The translations under genes and the position numbers were made by a program. Shown here piece after piece: positions 49,492 through 60,453 of a stretch of 64,000 nt of DNA. Below the pieces are notes generated by a model. It did no database searches and was not told where the DNA came from. It saw only the letters and a program-made list of their open reading frames with translations. The stretch comes from Leptospirales bacterium (GTDB taxonomy: Bacteria > Spirochaetota > Leptospiria > Turneriellales > JAOUFE01). The stretch's first letter is position 1. Each line of letters opens with the position of its first letter. The stretch lies in contig JBEQLE010000010.1 in assembly GCA_040326155.1 (NCBI GenBank), positions 9,454 through 73,453 of the forward strand, read 5' to 3'.

Positions 49492-50309
49492 TAGAGCTTA
49501 AAATCTTCCCCCAGATAAATTTCCTTGGCTTTTTTATCTCGAATCAGTTTATCAGCAGTTCCTTCAATCAACACTTCCCCGTCAAACATGATGTAAGCGC
49601 GGTCGGTAATAGACAAAGTTTCACGTACATTATGGTCGGTAATTAAAATACCAAGATTTTTTTCTTTTAAGTGCGTAATAATTCTTTGAATTTCTCTTAC
49701 TGCAATCGGGTCAACTCCCGCAAACGGCTCATCCAGTAGTATAAACTTCGGATCGGAAGCAAGAGTCCGGGCTATTTCAGCTCTTCTGCGCTCTCCGCCC
49801 GATAAAGTCATACCAAATTGCCCTTGAACATGGGTTATGTCGAACTCTTTCAATAGATGATCAGTACGTGTTTTGATTTCGGTTTTATCTAGTTTTCGCA
49901 GTTCAAAAATAGATTCAATATTTTGACGAACGGTTAATTTACGAAATATGGATGGTTCTTGCGCCAGATAACCAATACCCTCTCGGGCTCTTTTATACAT
50001 TGGCAATTCGGTAATTTCATGCGCTCCCAGAAAAATTTTTCCCTCGGTTTGTTTCACCAGACCCATCGTCATATAAAATGATGTAGTTTTACCAGCCCCA
50101 TTTGGACCAAGTAAACCGACAACCTCACCCTGGGCAATTTGAAAAGAGACGCCTTTTACAACCATTCGTTTACCGTATCTTTTTTTTAAACCTTCCACCC
50201 GAAGAATTAAATTCGACTCAAAGGCATATCCATCTGCTTTTGTTTTCTTCGCCGTAGATTTTCGAGTCACATTCTTTAGCTTCTTCGCTATTGTGGTTTT
50301 TATAGCCAT
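49491..50309 (-). CDS. lptB: LPS export ABC transporter ATP-binding protein
   Basis: GPNGAGKTT, YLAQEPSIFR, LSGGERRR, LDEPFAGVDP, TDHNVRETL. Confidence 0.95.
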   Translation of the reverse strand: MAIKTTIAKKLKNVTRKSTAKKTKADGYAFESNLILRVEGLKKRYGKRMVVKGVSFQIAQGEVVGLLGPNGAGKTTSFYMTMGLVKQTEGKIFLGAHEITELPMYKRAREGIGYLAQEPSIFRKLTVRQNIESIFELRKLDKTEIKTRTDHLLKEFDITHVQGQFGMTLSGGERRRAEIARTLASDPKFILLDEPFAGVDPIAVREIQRIITHLKEKNLGILITDHNVRETLSITDRAYIMFDGEVLIEGTADKLIRDKKAKEIYLGEDFKL

Positions 50310-50464
50310 AAATAAATACTTTTAACCGGCAATCAACTTGTCAAGGCGTTCTATAAAGGAAAAAGTTTCTATGATGCGCTTCTTATAAGTTAAGTTTTGG
50401 GTGATTTCCCTTTCAAAAAGGTTGACACCTCCATTGAGTCCAAATATCAAGTGTCAAATTCAAT

Positions 50465-51439
50465 ATGAACAAACCGACTTTAAAATACCGTTCCCAAAAA
50501 TATATCGGAAAAATCGATAACGAAATTCAGAATATCCTGGGAGATGAGATTTTTTTAATTACCAAATTGAAAGAATATATCGTCGAAAGTGGGGGAAAAA
50601 GGGTCCGGTCTATTTTGGCGTGCCTTCTAGCCGAGCTTTATGGTGAACTTGAAGACGACATTTTTGCCCTGGCCGGAGTTGTAGAAATAATACACGCGGC
50701 GAGTTTGCTACACGACGATGTATTAGACAACTCGTCGACACGACGTGGTAAGCCCAGCGGTAAAGAGATTTTTGGTCCTAAAGAAGTTATTCTAGGCGGC
50801 GACTATATGCTTGCCTGCGCTATACGTAAGTTAAACTATTATGAAAACCCGGCTTTAATGGATGTATTTACCAGAGTAATTCGTGACTTGTCGATTTCTG
50901 AGTTAATACAAATGGAGTATGCAAATAATCCCGACATTACCTTAGATCTGTATTATAAAATTATTTACGGGAAAACAGCCTCTCTATTTCAAACAGCCTG
51001 TGAAGCAGTCGCTATTTACACACAAAAATCTGAAGACGAGAAACATACGATTGGTGAATTTGGAAAAAACCTGGGTTTGCTTTTTCAGATTCGTGATGAT
51101 TACCTCGACTACTTTAACAATACGTTATTAAACAAACCGGCCTTTCAGGATTTTGAAAATGGATATTATACCTACCCGGTTTTAGTCGTTCGAGAACAAG
51201 GGGGGGCAGAAGTTTCAAAACGTATCGATAATTTATTTAATTCGAAAATTTCCAATAGAAAAGATAAAACCGTCCAAAAGGAAATTTTACAAGTTCTAAA
51301 TGAACATCATGCTCAGGAACTTTCACGCAAGAAAATAAATGAACTTTTCGATTTAATACAGAAACAACTAAGCGGTTATCCTGAATCTGATTACAAAGAT
51401 AAAATTACAAGTCAGATCGAAAACCTGATGGATTTTTAA
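50465..51439 (+). CDS. Polyprenyl diphosphate synthase
   Basis: GGKRVR, LHDDVLD..RRG, GKTA, FQIRDDYLD. Confidence 0.93.
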   Translation: MNKPTLKYRSQKYIGKIDNEIQNILGDEIFLITKLKEYIVESGGKRVRSILACLLAELYGELEDDIFALAGVVEIIHAASLLHDDVLDNSSTRRGKPSGKEIFGPKEVILGGDYMLACAIRKLNYYENPALMDVFTRVIRDLSISELIQMEYANNPDITLDLYYKIIYGKTASLFQTACEAVAIYTQKSEDEKHTIGEFGKNLGLLFQIRDDYLDYFNNTLLNKPAFQDFENGYYTYPVLVVREQGGAEVSKRIDNLFNSKISNRKDKTVQKEILQVLNEHHAQELSRKKINELFDLIQKQLSGYPESDYKDKITSQIENLMDF

Positions 51440-53595
51440 TCCGTTATCTCTTCGTGGGCGCGAATCAGTCTCATGTATATTCCGGGGTTCTCCTGGATAA
51501 ACTCAGTCAAATCGGTTCTTTCGATTAAATAGAGTTCCGAAGCCGTGTGTACCTTTACTGAAAATGCAGCCGGAGAATTTCTTTGTAAACTGACAATATC
51601 GCCGATAAGCTCACCTTTCTCATAACTGTGAACAACATTGTCGGCAATAGAAGCTTCCACTTTTCCACTTACTAAAATATAAGCTGAATCCATGGTTTTA
51701 CCTTGTTCTTGCAGTGTTGTGTTTGGCTCCAGCTGAACCATATTCATCACGCCCTCAATTCGAGTTTTCTGGTGTGAGGTCATAGAACCAAATATACGAG
51801 ATTTCGACAGAACATCCCATGAGTTCGATTTTCGAGCTTCAATTAATTTGCGCAGTTCTACTTCTAGTGTTGTTCCGGTAATAAAATTCAAAAAGGCATT
51901 TCGTTCGATGGTAAGAGCATACACATCCGTTTCTGCTTCAACATCCGCTGAGCGCATTTCTCCTGTAATAACCGAAGCCTCACCGAAATATTCATAATTT
52001 CCGTAGGTTTTTTTAATATCAGACTCAATTCCCTTGACTGTAACATTACCTGAAACAATAATAAAAAACTTATCACCGGGGGTGTCTTTTTCAATAATAA
52101 GGTCACCGCGTTTGAATTTCTCTTCTTGAATAATATTCAGAAATTCCCGGGCTTTGGTAATATTGAAATCTCGGAACAAGTCAACATGGTTTAACACATC
52201 TAGAACCTGTGTCGCAATTGCGAACTTCGGTGGAGTTATTTCCGGATATAAAGTGTTTTCAATTCCAAAAGTAGCCAGAGTTAAATTTGTATCTTCTGGA
52301 AAATCTTTCTGTGAAATATGGTATACCGTTATTTTCTTTTGAACCTCTTCAGGCAAAGTAGAAAGGTAAGACACGGGTGTATGCAATGGCGGTATTCCCG
52401 CTTCATGATAAATTATTTTATAATCCCAGGGAAAATTCATTAAAAAATCATAGCGACTTTCCGGGAATATGTTTTTATCATTCATTATATTGATATTTGT
52501 GGGGTCGTTCAAGTGGTCAGAGGTGTATAAAAACGACTGGTTCTGGTAGTGCATGCGAAACCCGATTGTGGGAATCGAGTGCAGTGTATAATGATAAATA
52601 AATTTTGCCCCTTCAATAAACATTGGTTTTCCAATGGTGACAGGTTCAAAATTAAAAAGTCCATACAACTGTTTTCTCGAAAGTTTGGTCATCGCGGTAT
52701 ATTTTCGAATAAAACTGTCCATAATTGTAACTGTGGTATGAATCGTTACCGGAAACTCTTCCAGAATTTTCTGGAATGTGCCAGCATCATGGTCAGCGTG
52801 AGTGTGAGTTAAAATAATATGGTCAATGAGTTTTGTATTTACATTCGATTTACCTAACCACTCCGTTGAATTCACGGGTGGGTCGATCATAATTCCACGT
52901 CCGTTAATCCAGATTATAAAACCGGATGTATTTTGCGTTGGATCAAAACCATGCGATGGGCCAAGACAGGTAATTCCAAACTCAGGCGGTTCAAAAGGTT
53001 CGGGTAGTCTTTCCCCGATATCGTAAATGGTATTATACCCAATTGTCAGTGGAACCTCTGCCAAAAGAACATCGTTTTCATACAGATGAAAACCTTTTTT
53101 TTCGTCCCGTACTATACGAATACTATCTAAAACAATTTCATTATCTTCAAATACACGAAACTCTACCAGGTCTTCGATGACCCGGTTGCCACGAAAAAAG
53201 TTCATCTCAGCTATCATATCAGGATAACCAGGAGTTTCTTTTCCGTGAATAAATTCATTCGTTAAATCGACATCTTCGGGTCCGAAAACTGACTCTTGCA
53301 AGACAACCATCAACTGCTCTTTTTGTTCGGCGGTACCCAGAATAATTGTCTTATCTTGTCGTAAAAAGTGATTAAAATATATAGGGAACTCCAGTTCAGC
53401 GACGGCAATTCCTTTTTCAATATTAAACATCTCTTCAGGTATTACAAAAATTTTAGGGACATTGCAAGGCATTGTCATTGTATCTTTAATCGTTTCAGGA
53501 GGGGCTCCAAATTGAATAACTCCCTGAGAGGTCTCTATCAGGTAACCTCCGCGTGGTAAATTATGAATGCCTGATTTCATTGTTGTTTCTTCCAT
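51436..53595 (-). CDS. Metallo-beta-lactamase-fold protein with two cNMP-binding domains (putative cyclic nucleotide phosphodiesterase)
   Basis: THTHADHDAG, HSIP, SDH; cNMP motifs YFGE..RSADV and LIGD. Confidence 0.85.
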   Translation of the reverse strand: MEETTMKSGIHNLPRGGYLIETSQGVIQFGAPPETIKDTMTMPCNVPKIFVIPEEMFNIEKGIAVAELEFPIYFNHFLRQDKTIILGTAEQKEQLMVVLQESVFGPEDVDLTNEFIHGKETPGYPDMIAEMNFFRGNRVIEDLVEFRVFEDNEIVLDSIRIVRDEKKGFHLYENDVLLAEVPLTIGYNTIYDIGERLPEPFEPPEFGITCLGPSHGFDPTQNTSGFIIWINGRGIMIDPPVNSTEWLGKSNVNTKLIDHIILTHTHADHDAGTFQKILEEFPVTIHTTVTIMDSFIRKYTAMTKLSRKQLYGLFNFEPVTIGKPMFIEGAKFIYHYTLHSIPTIGFRMHYQNQSFLYTSDHLNDPTNINIMNDKNIFPESRYDFLMNFPWDYKIIYHEAGIPPLHTPVSYLSTLPEEVQKKITVYHISQKDFPEDTNLTLATFGIENTLYPEITPPKFAIATQVLDVLNHVDLFRDFNITKAREFLNIIQEEKFKRGDLIIEKDTPGDKFFIIVSGNVTVKGIESDIKKTYGNYEYFGEASVITGEMRSADVEAETDVYALTIERNAFLNFITGTTLEVELRKLIEARKSNSWDVLSKSRIFGSMTSHQKTRIEGVMNMVQLEPNTTLQEQGKTMDSAYILVSGKVEASIADNVVHSYEKGELIGDIVSLQRNSPAAFSVKVHTASELYLIERTDLTEFIQENPGIYMRLIRAHEEITD

Positions 53596-53613
53596 ATTAT
53601 TTCCTTCACATCG

Positions 53614-54024
53614 TTAACAAAATTCTAGTTTACTTTGATTAATTTTTCTATAATAGCAACTCAACCTGAAGTGTCCATTTTTTTCTTTTGTATGGCAGGC
53701 TCCGCTCGATCGTAATCGAACAATATATAATATTGAGTTTTGTTCACAATTCACTCTGGTTTCTACTAAATCGAGATATTCCCCGGAAGTTTTTCCTTTT
53801 ACCCAGAGTTCATTTCGAGAGGTACTCCAAAACGTAGCGACTTTGTTTTCCAGCGCATAATCCAGTGACTCACGATTAACATAACCTAACATTAATATTT
53901 CTTTCGTTTTTTCCTCTTGCGCGACAGCAGGAATTATATCACCAGAATTTTCTATAGCCTTTTTCAGCTTTGAAAAATCCAAATGTATATCGGTACCTTC
54001 TTCTATAAGACTTCCCGCGCTCAC
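53614..54024 (-). CDS. hisI: Phosphoribosyl-AMP cyclohydrolase
   Basis: IPAVAQ, FWSTSRNELWVKGKTSG, NCEQNS, ACHT, SCYY. Confidence 0.88.
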   Translation of the reverse strand: MSAGSLIEEGTDIHLDFSKLKKAIENSGDIIPAVAQEEKTKEILMLGYVNRESLDYALENKVATFWSTSRNELWVKGKTSGEYLDLVETRVNCEQNSILYIVRLRSSGACHTKEKNGHFRLSCYYRKINQSKLEFC

Positions 54025-54503
54025 AAAGTTATCTCCACAGCAATTTCACTACAATCGTCCAAATGGGGACACATTCGACATGCGTCAAATATCTTTTGTG
54101 GAAAATTATTTTTTTCGACTATGCGCATTCCAAGTTTTTGAAAAAAAACTGGTGAGTACGTCAGTGCGAAAACTGTAAATTTACCCCTTTTGAGTTTTTT
54201 AATTTCCTTAAATATATAATCGACAATTTGAGCCCCAAAACCTTGATTTTGCGCCGTTTCTCTTACGGCCAGAGCTCTAATCTCATACATCTTATTTTCG
54301 TATGGAACCAAAGTCGCTGTGGCAACAACTTTTCTCTCTTTCTCGATAATCCAGGTTGTAACAATATCGGATGAAATTTCTTGTCTGGTACGCGGTAAAA
54401 GAATTTGCTTTACTGCAAATGGTTGAATAATTTGATAAATTGCATCAACATCAGATTCCAGGGCTTTTCGTATGACAGCCTCATGCTTTGAGGTTTCTGA
54501 CAT
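54021..54503 (-). CDS. GNAT N-acetyltransferase (short ArgA-like)
   Basis: ILLPRT, EIRALAV, QNQGFG, FALTY, FPQKIF..C..CP..C.E. Confidence 0.85.
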   Translation of the reverse strand: MSETSKHEAVIRKALESDVDAIYQIIQPFAVKQILLPRTRQEISSDIVTTWIIEKERKVVATATLVPYENKMYEIRALAVRETAQNQGFGAQIVDYIFKEIKKLKRGKFTVFALTYSPVFFQKLGMRIVEKNNFPQKIFDACRMCPHLDDCSEIAVEITL

Positions 54504-54506
54504 AGT

Positions 54507-55049
54507 TTATTTTTTGTACATTATTGCGCCTTGAAACTCAGAAAAGCTTTTCACTTTACTGAGCATAGACCAATTGCGACCATCGGCTCCCGAAACCGGA
54601 CCCACATAAACTTTGACTTTTTGTCCATTTTCGGTTAAAAACACAGGCAAGCCCGCGTTTACAAGAGAAGCGCCGTGAAGTTGGGCTTTTTCCATAGAAG
54701 AATAAATTTTAGCCATAATTAAATACTCAGATTTGTCAGATTCAAGTTCTTCAGCAAGTCTGTTCTCGGTATTTTCTGCCGGTGTGTTTACGCTCTGGTC
54801 GGGATGAATATCGGCCACGATATTAGCTTCAACGTTATTAGTAAGACTTCGCAATTCGTCGCCTTGCACAACCTTATGGTCGTTTATAAAAATGCCGGTA
54901 TAAACTCCCGCAATAAAAGCGACCGAGATTACAGAAGCTAAAAATATAATTTTCGATTTAAAACTGGAACGACCCGGGGAAGCTTTTTCACTTACGCCGG
55001 TATCGCGCTGGTTTGATCGATAGTGTTTTCCAAAATCAAAGTCTTGCAT
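54507..55049 (-). CDS. Membrane-anchored protein with a possible SPOR-like C-terminal domain
   Basis: Single TM helix; KVYVGP motif. Confidence 0.55.
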   Translation of the reverse strand: MQDFDFGKHYRSNQRDTGVSEKASPGRSSFKSKIIFLASVISVAFIAGVYTGIFINDHKVVQGDELRSLTNNVEANIVADIHPDQSVNTPAENTENRLAEELESDKSEYLIMAKIYSSMEKAQLHGASLVNAGLPVFLTENGQKVKVYVGPVSGADGRNWSMLSKVKSFSEFQGAIMYKK

Positions 55050-55088
55050 TCATTTAATATGTCGGGAATTTTCGAAAAAATATAAGCA

Positions 55089-55116
55089 AAAAAAGCCGAC
55101 ATAAGTCGGCTTTTTT
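55089..55116 (-). terminator. Intrinsic (bidirectional) terminator of groESL
   Basis: AAAAAAGCCGAC-ATAA-GTCGGCTTTTTT. Confidence 0.88.
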
Positions 55117-55141
55117 ATAAATGTTAAAAATGTGGGAATGT

Positions 55142-56797
55142 TTAGAAATCCATTCCGCCCATTCCGCCCATTCCACCCATACCGCCCATTCCTCCGGGAG
55201 GCATAGCAGGCATATCGTCTTTCTTTTCAGGTCTATCGACAATAATACACTCAGTGGTAAGAACCAAACCGGCAATTGAGGCTGCATTTTGTAACGCAGA
55301 ACGCGATACTTTTGCAGGGTCAATAATACCAGCTTCGATCATATCTTCCCATTCAAGTTTGTACGCGTTAAAACCTATATTACCTTTTTCAGTTTTAGCT
55401 CTTTGTACAATAAGAGAACCTTCCAGTCCAGAATTGTTTGCAATCTGACGAGTAGGCTCTTCAAGAGCTCGTAAAATTATATTTCTACCGGTTTCCTGAT
55501 CACCTGTAATTTTTAAATTTTTAACAGATTCAATACATTTAATCAAGGCTAAACCGCCTCCAGGAACAATACCTTCTTCAACCGCAGAACGAGTTGCTGA
55601 AAGAGCATCTTCTACTCTAGCTTTCTTCTCTTTCATTTCGACTTCAGTAGCAGCGCCGACATTAATGACAGCAACGCCACCGGCAAGTTTTGCCAAACGT
55701 TCTTGAAGTTTTTCACGATCGTAATCGGATGTAGTATCTTCAATTTGCTTTTTAATCTGATTAATTCTTGCTTTAAGATCAGCTTCTTTACCAGCGCCTT
55801 TAATTATGGTTGTATTATCTTTATCAACAATAATTTTTTCTGCGCTTCCCAGCATATCAATTGTAGCGTTCTCAAGTTTCAGGCCAACATCTTCAGATAT
55901 TACCTGAGCTCCTGCTAAAATAGCAATATCTTCAAGCATTGCTTTTCTGCGATCGCCAAAACCGGGAGCTTTAACAGCCACAGCGCTAATGGCTTTTCGA
56001 AGGGTGTTATAAACAACAGTAGCTAGTGCTTCACCTTCCAGGTCTTCAGCGATAATTAAAAGTGATTTACCAGCTTGAGCAACCTGATTTAAAATAGGAG
56101 CAAGATCTTTGACTGCGCTGATTTTCTTATCAAAAATCATAATCATTGGATTTTCAAGAGTAGCAGTCATGTTGTCTGCGTCCGTTACCATATAAGAAGA
56201 AAGGTATCCGCGATCAAACTGCATTCCTTCGACAACATCAAGAGTTGTGTCGATTGACTTAGCTTCTTCTACTTGAATAACACCGTCTTTACCGACTTTT
56301 TCCATTGCTTCAGCAATAAGTTCGCCAATTTCAACATCAGAGTTAGCCGAGATGGTGGCTACCTGAGCAATCTGTTTTTTAGAGTCAATCGTAATGGACA
56401 TGTTTGCAAGCTCTTTTGTTGCAGCTTCTACAGATTTATCGATGCCTCTTTTTAAGTCCATCGGATTAGCACCGGCAGTTACGTTTTTAATGCCTTCTTT
56501 TGCAATAATTTGAGCAAGAATGGTAGCAGTTGTTGTACCGTCCCCTGCAACATCGTTAGTTTTGGTTGCAACTTCTTTAATAAGTTGAGCACCCATATTT
56601 TCATTAGGATCTTCAAGATCAATTTCTTTTGCAACAGTAACGCCGTCTTTTGTGATCGTCGGTGATCCAAATTTTTTATCGATAACCACATTACGACCTC
56701 TTGGTCCTAATGTCACCTTAACTGCATTTGCCAGTTTATTAATACCGCTCATTAAGTGCGAGCGTGCTGTTTCGTTGTATTCCAACATTTTAGACAT
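55142..56797 (-). CDS. groL: Chaperonin GroEL
   Basis: [26 protein letters not shown]-terminal GGM repeats. Confidence 0.99.
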   Translation of the reverse strand: MSKMLEYNETARSHLMSGINKLANAVKVTLGPRGRNVVIDKKFGSPTITKDGVTVAKEIDLEDPNENMGAQLIKEVATKTNDVAGDGTTTATILAQIIAKEGIKNVTAGANPMDLKRGIDKSVEAATKELANMSITIDSKKQIAQVATISANSDVEIGELIAEAMEKVGKDGVIQVEEAKSIDTTLDVVEGMQFDRGYLSSYMVTDADNMTATLENPMIMIFDKKISAVKDLAPILNQVAQAGKSLLIIAEDLEGEALATVVYNTLRKAISAVAVKAPGFGDRRKAMLEDIAILAGAQVISEDVGLKLENATIDMLGSAEKIIVDKDNTTIIKGAGKEADLKARINQIKKQIEDTTSDYDREKLQERLAKLAGGVAVINVGAATEVEMKEKKARVEDALSATRSAVEEGIVPGGGLALIKCIESVKNLKITGDQETGRNIILRALEEPTRQIANNSGLEGSLIVQRAKTEKGNIGFNAYKLEWEDMIEAGIIDPAKVSRSALQNAASIAGLVLTTECIIVDRPEKKDDMPAMPPGGMGGMGGMGGMGGMDF

Positions 56798-56814
56798 ATT
56801 TACTCTCCTTTTGC

Positions 56815-57108
56815 TTAGCTAAGAATCGCTAAGATATCAGATTCACGAACGATAAGATACTCTTTACCGCTTTCTTTTATTTCCGTGCCTGAATATTTTC
56901 CATATAGAACTTTTTGACCTACCGCCACTTCCATGGGGATAGTCTTTCCATCCTCGGTTACTTTGCCAGAACCAATAGCCACAACTGTGCCTTCAAATGG
57001 TTTTTCTTTAGCCGTATCCGGAATATAAAGATTTCCTATTTTCTCTTCTTTTTCAGCGAGCGGTTCGATTAGAACTCGGTCTGCCAATGGTTTTATTGCC
57101 ATATCCAT
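56815..57108 (-). CDS. groS: Co-chaperonin GroES
   Basis: [29 protein letters not shown]. Confidence 0.98.
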   Translation of the reverse strand: MDMAIKPLADRVLIEPLAEKEEKIGNLYIPDTAKEKPFEGTVVAIGSGKVTEDGKTIPMEVAVGQKVLYGKYSGTEIKESGKEYLIVRESDILAILS

Positions 57109-57145
57109 TACCTCTTGTTTAATTTTTAAAACATATTAGAAAGTG

Positions 57146-57172
57146 TTAGCACTCTCTGTGTCTGAGTGCCAA
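57146..57172 (-). promoter_or_regulatory. CIRCE element (HrcA operator)
   Basis: TTGGCACTC-N9-GAGTGCTAA on the minus strand, one mismatch to consensus, just upstream of groES. Confidence 0.95.
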
Positions 57173-57204
57173 CAAATGCAAGTAGAGATAACTTGACAAC
57201 TGTT

Positions 57205-57684
57205 TTATGGTAAAATGGTGTGGTTTTGTCTTAAATAGTCTAAAAAGTGGTCCATACTATGATTAATAATGCTAAATACATTATTAAAACCGTCTATTTC
57301 TCCTCCGTATGGGTCCGGTACATCAGAGCCGCTTGAATCCACATCGAAAGTTCGCAGGGTGAATATTTTTGATTTATCAATGCCAAATTCAGTTATCAAT
57401 GAAATTTCATTTTCACGATCCATGGCGATAAAATAGTCAAACTCACTCTGGTCTGATCTATGGACAGCTCGCGCTTTTTGGCCCTCGATTGTAATCGAGT
57501 TATTTCGAGCAACTTGTATGGAACCAGAGTGCGGCTTTTCGCCTATATGCCAACCGGAAGTTCCTGCGGAATCTATATGAATGAGATCGTCCCAGTTTTC
57601 ATCTTTCACTTTCTTTTCAAATATTCCCTGGGCCAGGGGCGAACGGCAAATATTACCCAGACAAACAAATAGTACTCGAATCAT
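57205..57684 (-). CDS. Low molecular weight protein-tyrosine phosphatase
   Basis: VCLGNICRSP, DSAGT, DVPDPY. Confidence 0.95.
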   Translation of the reverse strand: MIRVLFVCLGNICRSPLAQGIFEKKVKDENWDDLIHIDSAGTSGWHIGEKPHSGSIQVARNNSITIEGQKARAVHRSDQSEFDYFIAMDRENEISLITEFGIDKSKIFTLRTFDVDSSGSDVPDPYGGEIDGFNNVFSIINHSMDHFLDYLRQNHTILP

Positions 57685-57775
57685 TTTAATGAACCTCCAA
57701 AATCTATATTATAATACAAAATAGTGTGTAACAGCTCGGGTTAAATTTTTTAGGTAGCTACTTGTTTTCATGAGT

Positions 57776-59557
57776 TTATTGTATATCAATAATAATGAGA
57801 GTAACGTCGTCGTTAAATTCAGAATCACTTGTTTGTTTCAGTATTGTATCTATAATTTTATTTCGTATGTTTTTTCCGCTAAGAGTAAGATTTTCTCGAA
57901 GTATATTTCGAAGTTCCGATTCATCGATCATTTCCATACTGTTTTCACCAACCAACTCCAGCAACCCATCGGTGTAGATAAACATACGGTCACCAGAATG
58001 TATCTCGATATCAATTTGTTCAAAGTATGGATCTGGCCAGACACCGAGCAAGGGGCCTTTCGCATTTAAATGAATAAACGCATCTTCTGATTTTTTGTAA
58101 TAAACACCTTCTGTGTGTCCGGCATTTGCATAGGAGACTTTGTTATTCTCAACATCTATAATAGCATAAAAGGCTGTTAAAAAATTCCCCCCCAACCGTC
58201 CCTGTAAAGACGTATTTATTTCATTGAAAAACCGGGCAGGTTCGTGCAGAGACTCAAATGGAATTGTCGAGAGCATGGTATTTACCATTACTGAAATTAG
58301 TGCAGCCGAAAGTCCATGTCCGGAGACATCAACAACCAGGACTCCATACTTGTCGTGACCAAGATCAAAAAATCGATAAAAGTCCCCTCCTACCTGGTGG
58401 TATGGTATGTATTTTGTATGTATGCTTAACCGGGGATGAGTTGGTGTTGACTGTGGGAGTATTTTCTCCATCAACTGAGCGGCGCTCTTCTCTTCTTGCG
58501 TAGACTTTTTCATCTGTTTAAACATATTTGATGTTTTTAGAACCATGGACAATCGTTCGGCAATTCCTCGAACCGAACTTACATCGTCTCTGGTAAACAG
58601 GTAACCGTCGCTTTTTTCATTCACAACAATAAAGCCAAAAATATCATCCTGCCAGAGTAAAGGGGCACATATCATAGATGAACTTTCATAAGCCAGAACC
58701 GGTTGCCCTTTACAGCGGGCGTCAGCATGGATATTTTTTATCAAGACTGCCCGTTTTTCTGCGGAAGAGATTCCTATAATTCCTGATTCAAACGGGATAT
58801 TCTCGCCAAAAGTGACCTGGTTTGCAATAAAACCAGCGGAAGCGTTAATAAGTAAATTCCGGTTACCTTCATCGAAAATCATTACGGAGCCACCCTGGGC
58901 TTCTACAACATCGATTACTTGAGCGATCACCCACTGTATTAAACGGTCCGTTCCCCAACCTAATGCGACTTTACGCTCAAAGTCGGTGAGCAATGAAAGC
59001 TCTCTTATTTTAACCCGCAAGGAATCATGCGTTTTTGCATTATCAAGCGCGACAGCGGCAAGGTTACCTAAATGTTCCAGCAAGGTACGGTCAGCTTCAT
59101 TAAAAACAGAACCCCCGACTTTGTTTATAACTTCCAGTGTACCAATAATTGTATTTTTTAAATAAAGAGGAATGCATATAATAGACTTTGTAGTAAAACC
59201 GCTTTTTTTATCCCAGGTGGAATCAAAACGATGATCTTCATAAGCGTCTTCAATTAAGAGGCTTTTTTTCTCTTGAGCAACCCACCCGGCAATGCCTTCG
59301 CCGTTCTCCAGTTTTAAAAACTTTTTAATTATTTTGCCTTTTTCGCCAATGGCTACTTCACAAAAAAGACTATTATGTTTCTGGTCGATTAAAAAAAGAG
59401 AGCTGGCTTCTGCTTCGAGAAGATCTCGTGCGGAGATCATAATTATGGGCAATAAATGATCAATCTGTAAACTTGAATTTAACGTCGAAGCGATTGCCAG
59501 AAGTGATGTAAGTTTCTGGTTATCCCGCTGAATGTGTTCACTACTTGCAATATCCAT
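57776..59557 (-). CDS. GAF-GAF-SpoIIE (PP2C) phosphatase, RsbU-like
   Basis: Two GAF domains; VGGDFY, DVSGHG, ANAGH, YTDGL, DDVT. Confidence 0.92.
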   Translation of the reverse strand: MDIASSEHIQRDNQKLTSLLAIASTLNSSLQIDHLLPIIMISARDLLEAEASSLFLIDQKHNSLFCEVAIGEKGKIIKKFLKLENGEGIAGWVAQEKKSLLIEDAYEDHRFDSTWDKKSGFTTKSIICIPLYLKNTIIGTLEVINKVGGSVFNEADRTLLEHLGNLAAVALDNAKTHDSLRVKIRELSLLTDFERKVALGWGTDRLIQWVIAQVIDVVEAQGGSVMIFDEGNRNLLINASAGFIANQVTFGENIPFESGIIGISSAEKRAVLIKNIHADARCKGQPVLAYESSSMICAPLLWQDDIFGFIVVNEKSDGYLFTRDDVSSVRGIAERLSMVLKTSNMFKQMKKSTQEEKSAAQLMEKILPQSTPTHPRLSIHTKYIPYHQVGGDFYRFFDLGHDKYGVLVVDVSGHGLSAALISVMVNTMLSTIPFESLHEPARFFNEINTSLQGRLGGNFLTAFYAIIDVENNKVSYANAGHTEGVYYKKSEDAFIHLNAKGPLLGVWPDPYFEQIDIEIHSGDRMFIYTDGLLELVGENSMEMIDESELRNILRENLTLSGKNIRNKIIDTILKQTSDSEFNDDVTLIIIDIQ

Positions 59558-59637
59558 AATCCTTTAGGCAAGGAGTCGATTAATCGTTCACCTGTAAAGT
59601 AAATTCGGTATCACTGGAGATCACCGGCAAAGCAATA

Positions 59638-59964
59638 TCAACTTTTTGCTACTGTTTTGATGAAATGTTTAATTCCGGTAAGCATGTAATCATCAAGATC
59701 TGAAAATTCAATAGCGGCAAAGTGTTGTTTACCTTTTTTTTCATAACGGACGACAATTCCTTCGAGTTCAACAGGATCTTCATCCGGAATTTCCAACATA
59801 ATGTATACCCTGGAATAAGCATCTATAGGCTCTTCAAGCTGGCAATAAAAACCAGTTTCACTGATATTTATACCTGTGGCTTGAAAAAAGTTCTCTTTAT
59901 TTGGGGATATATCAACAAGTTGCCGAATAGGAAACCGGTGTGAACGTCTTTTATCTTGTGACAA
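59638..59964 (-). CDS. PilZ domain protein
   Basis: RRSHR (RxxxR) and NISETG motifs. Confidence 0.85.
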   Translation of the reverse strand: MSQDKRRSHRFPIRQLVDISPNKENFFQATGINISETGFYCQLEEPIDAYSRVYIMLEIPDEDPVELEGIVVRYEKKGKQHFAAIEFSDLDDYMLTGIKHFIKTVAKS

Positions 59965-59973
59965 GTGCTCTCC

Positions 59974-60453
59974 TTACCGTACACGAATCCAGGTTTGAGA
60001 GCGCCCGAGTAAAGAGATACCAACGTAGCCTCGTACTTCAAGCGATTTTCCACCATCATTTACAGTCATTTTACAACTATATATTTTACCGTTGTCAGGG
60101 TCTAGTATTTTTCCTTTCACCCAGTACCTTTCTGTGTCTTCTTCATCCTGGCTAAAACCCCATAATATCACCATACCAAGAATTTTTTTATCTTTGTATC
60201 TTCCCTTGCATTTATCGCAAACAGGGTCGGGGTCTTCATCGGGTTCCGGGTAGAGCTGAATAATTCTACCATAAAGAGCTCCCTCTTTCGATTTCCAGAT
60301 TTGAACTTTTGATGTTACGTCATGCGTTTTGTCATCAATTGTTTTCCATATACCTACAGGAGTTTCTTTTGTCTTCTGCTTATCTGCGGCCCACAATTGC
60401 CAAACTCCTGTTAAAAATAGGATAATCCCAATTGATATTATTGCTTTTTTCAT
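59974..60453 (-). CDS. DUF2147 domain secreted protein
   Basis: Signal peptide, GIWKTIDD, GKILDPDNGKIY, LEVRGYVG..LGRSQTW. Confidence 0.92.
   Translation of the reverse strand: MKKAIISIGIILFLTGVWQLWAADKQKTKETPVGIWKTIDDKTHDVTSKVQIWKSKEGALYGRIIQLYPEPDEDPDPVCDKCKGRYKDKKILGMVILWGFSQDEEDTERYWVKGKILDPDNGKIYSCKMTVNDGGKSLEVRGYVGISLLGRSQTWIRVR

Noticed and set aside
55150..55200. Short 9-bp tandem repeats
   Set aside because: They encode the normal GroEL GGM tail.
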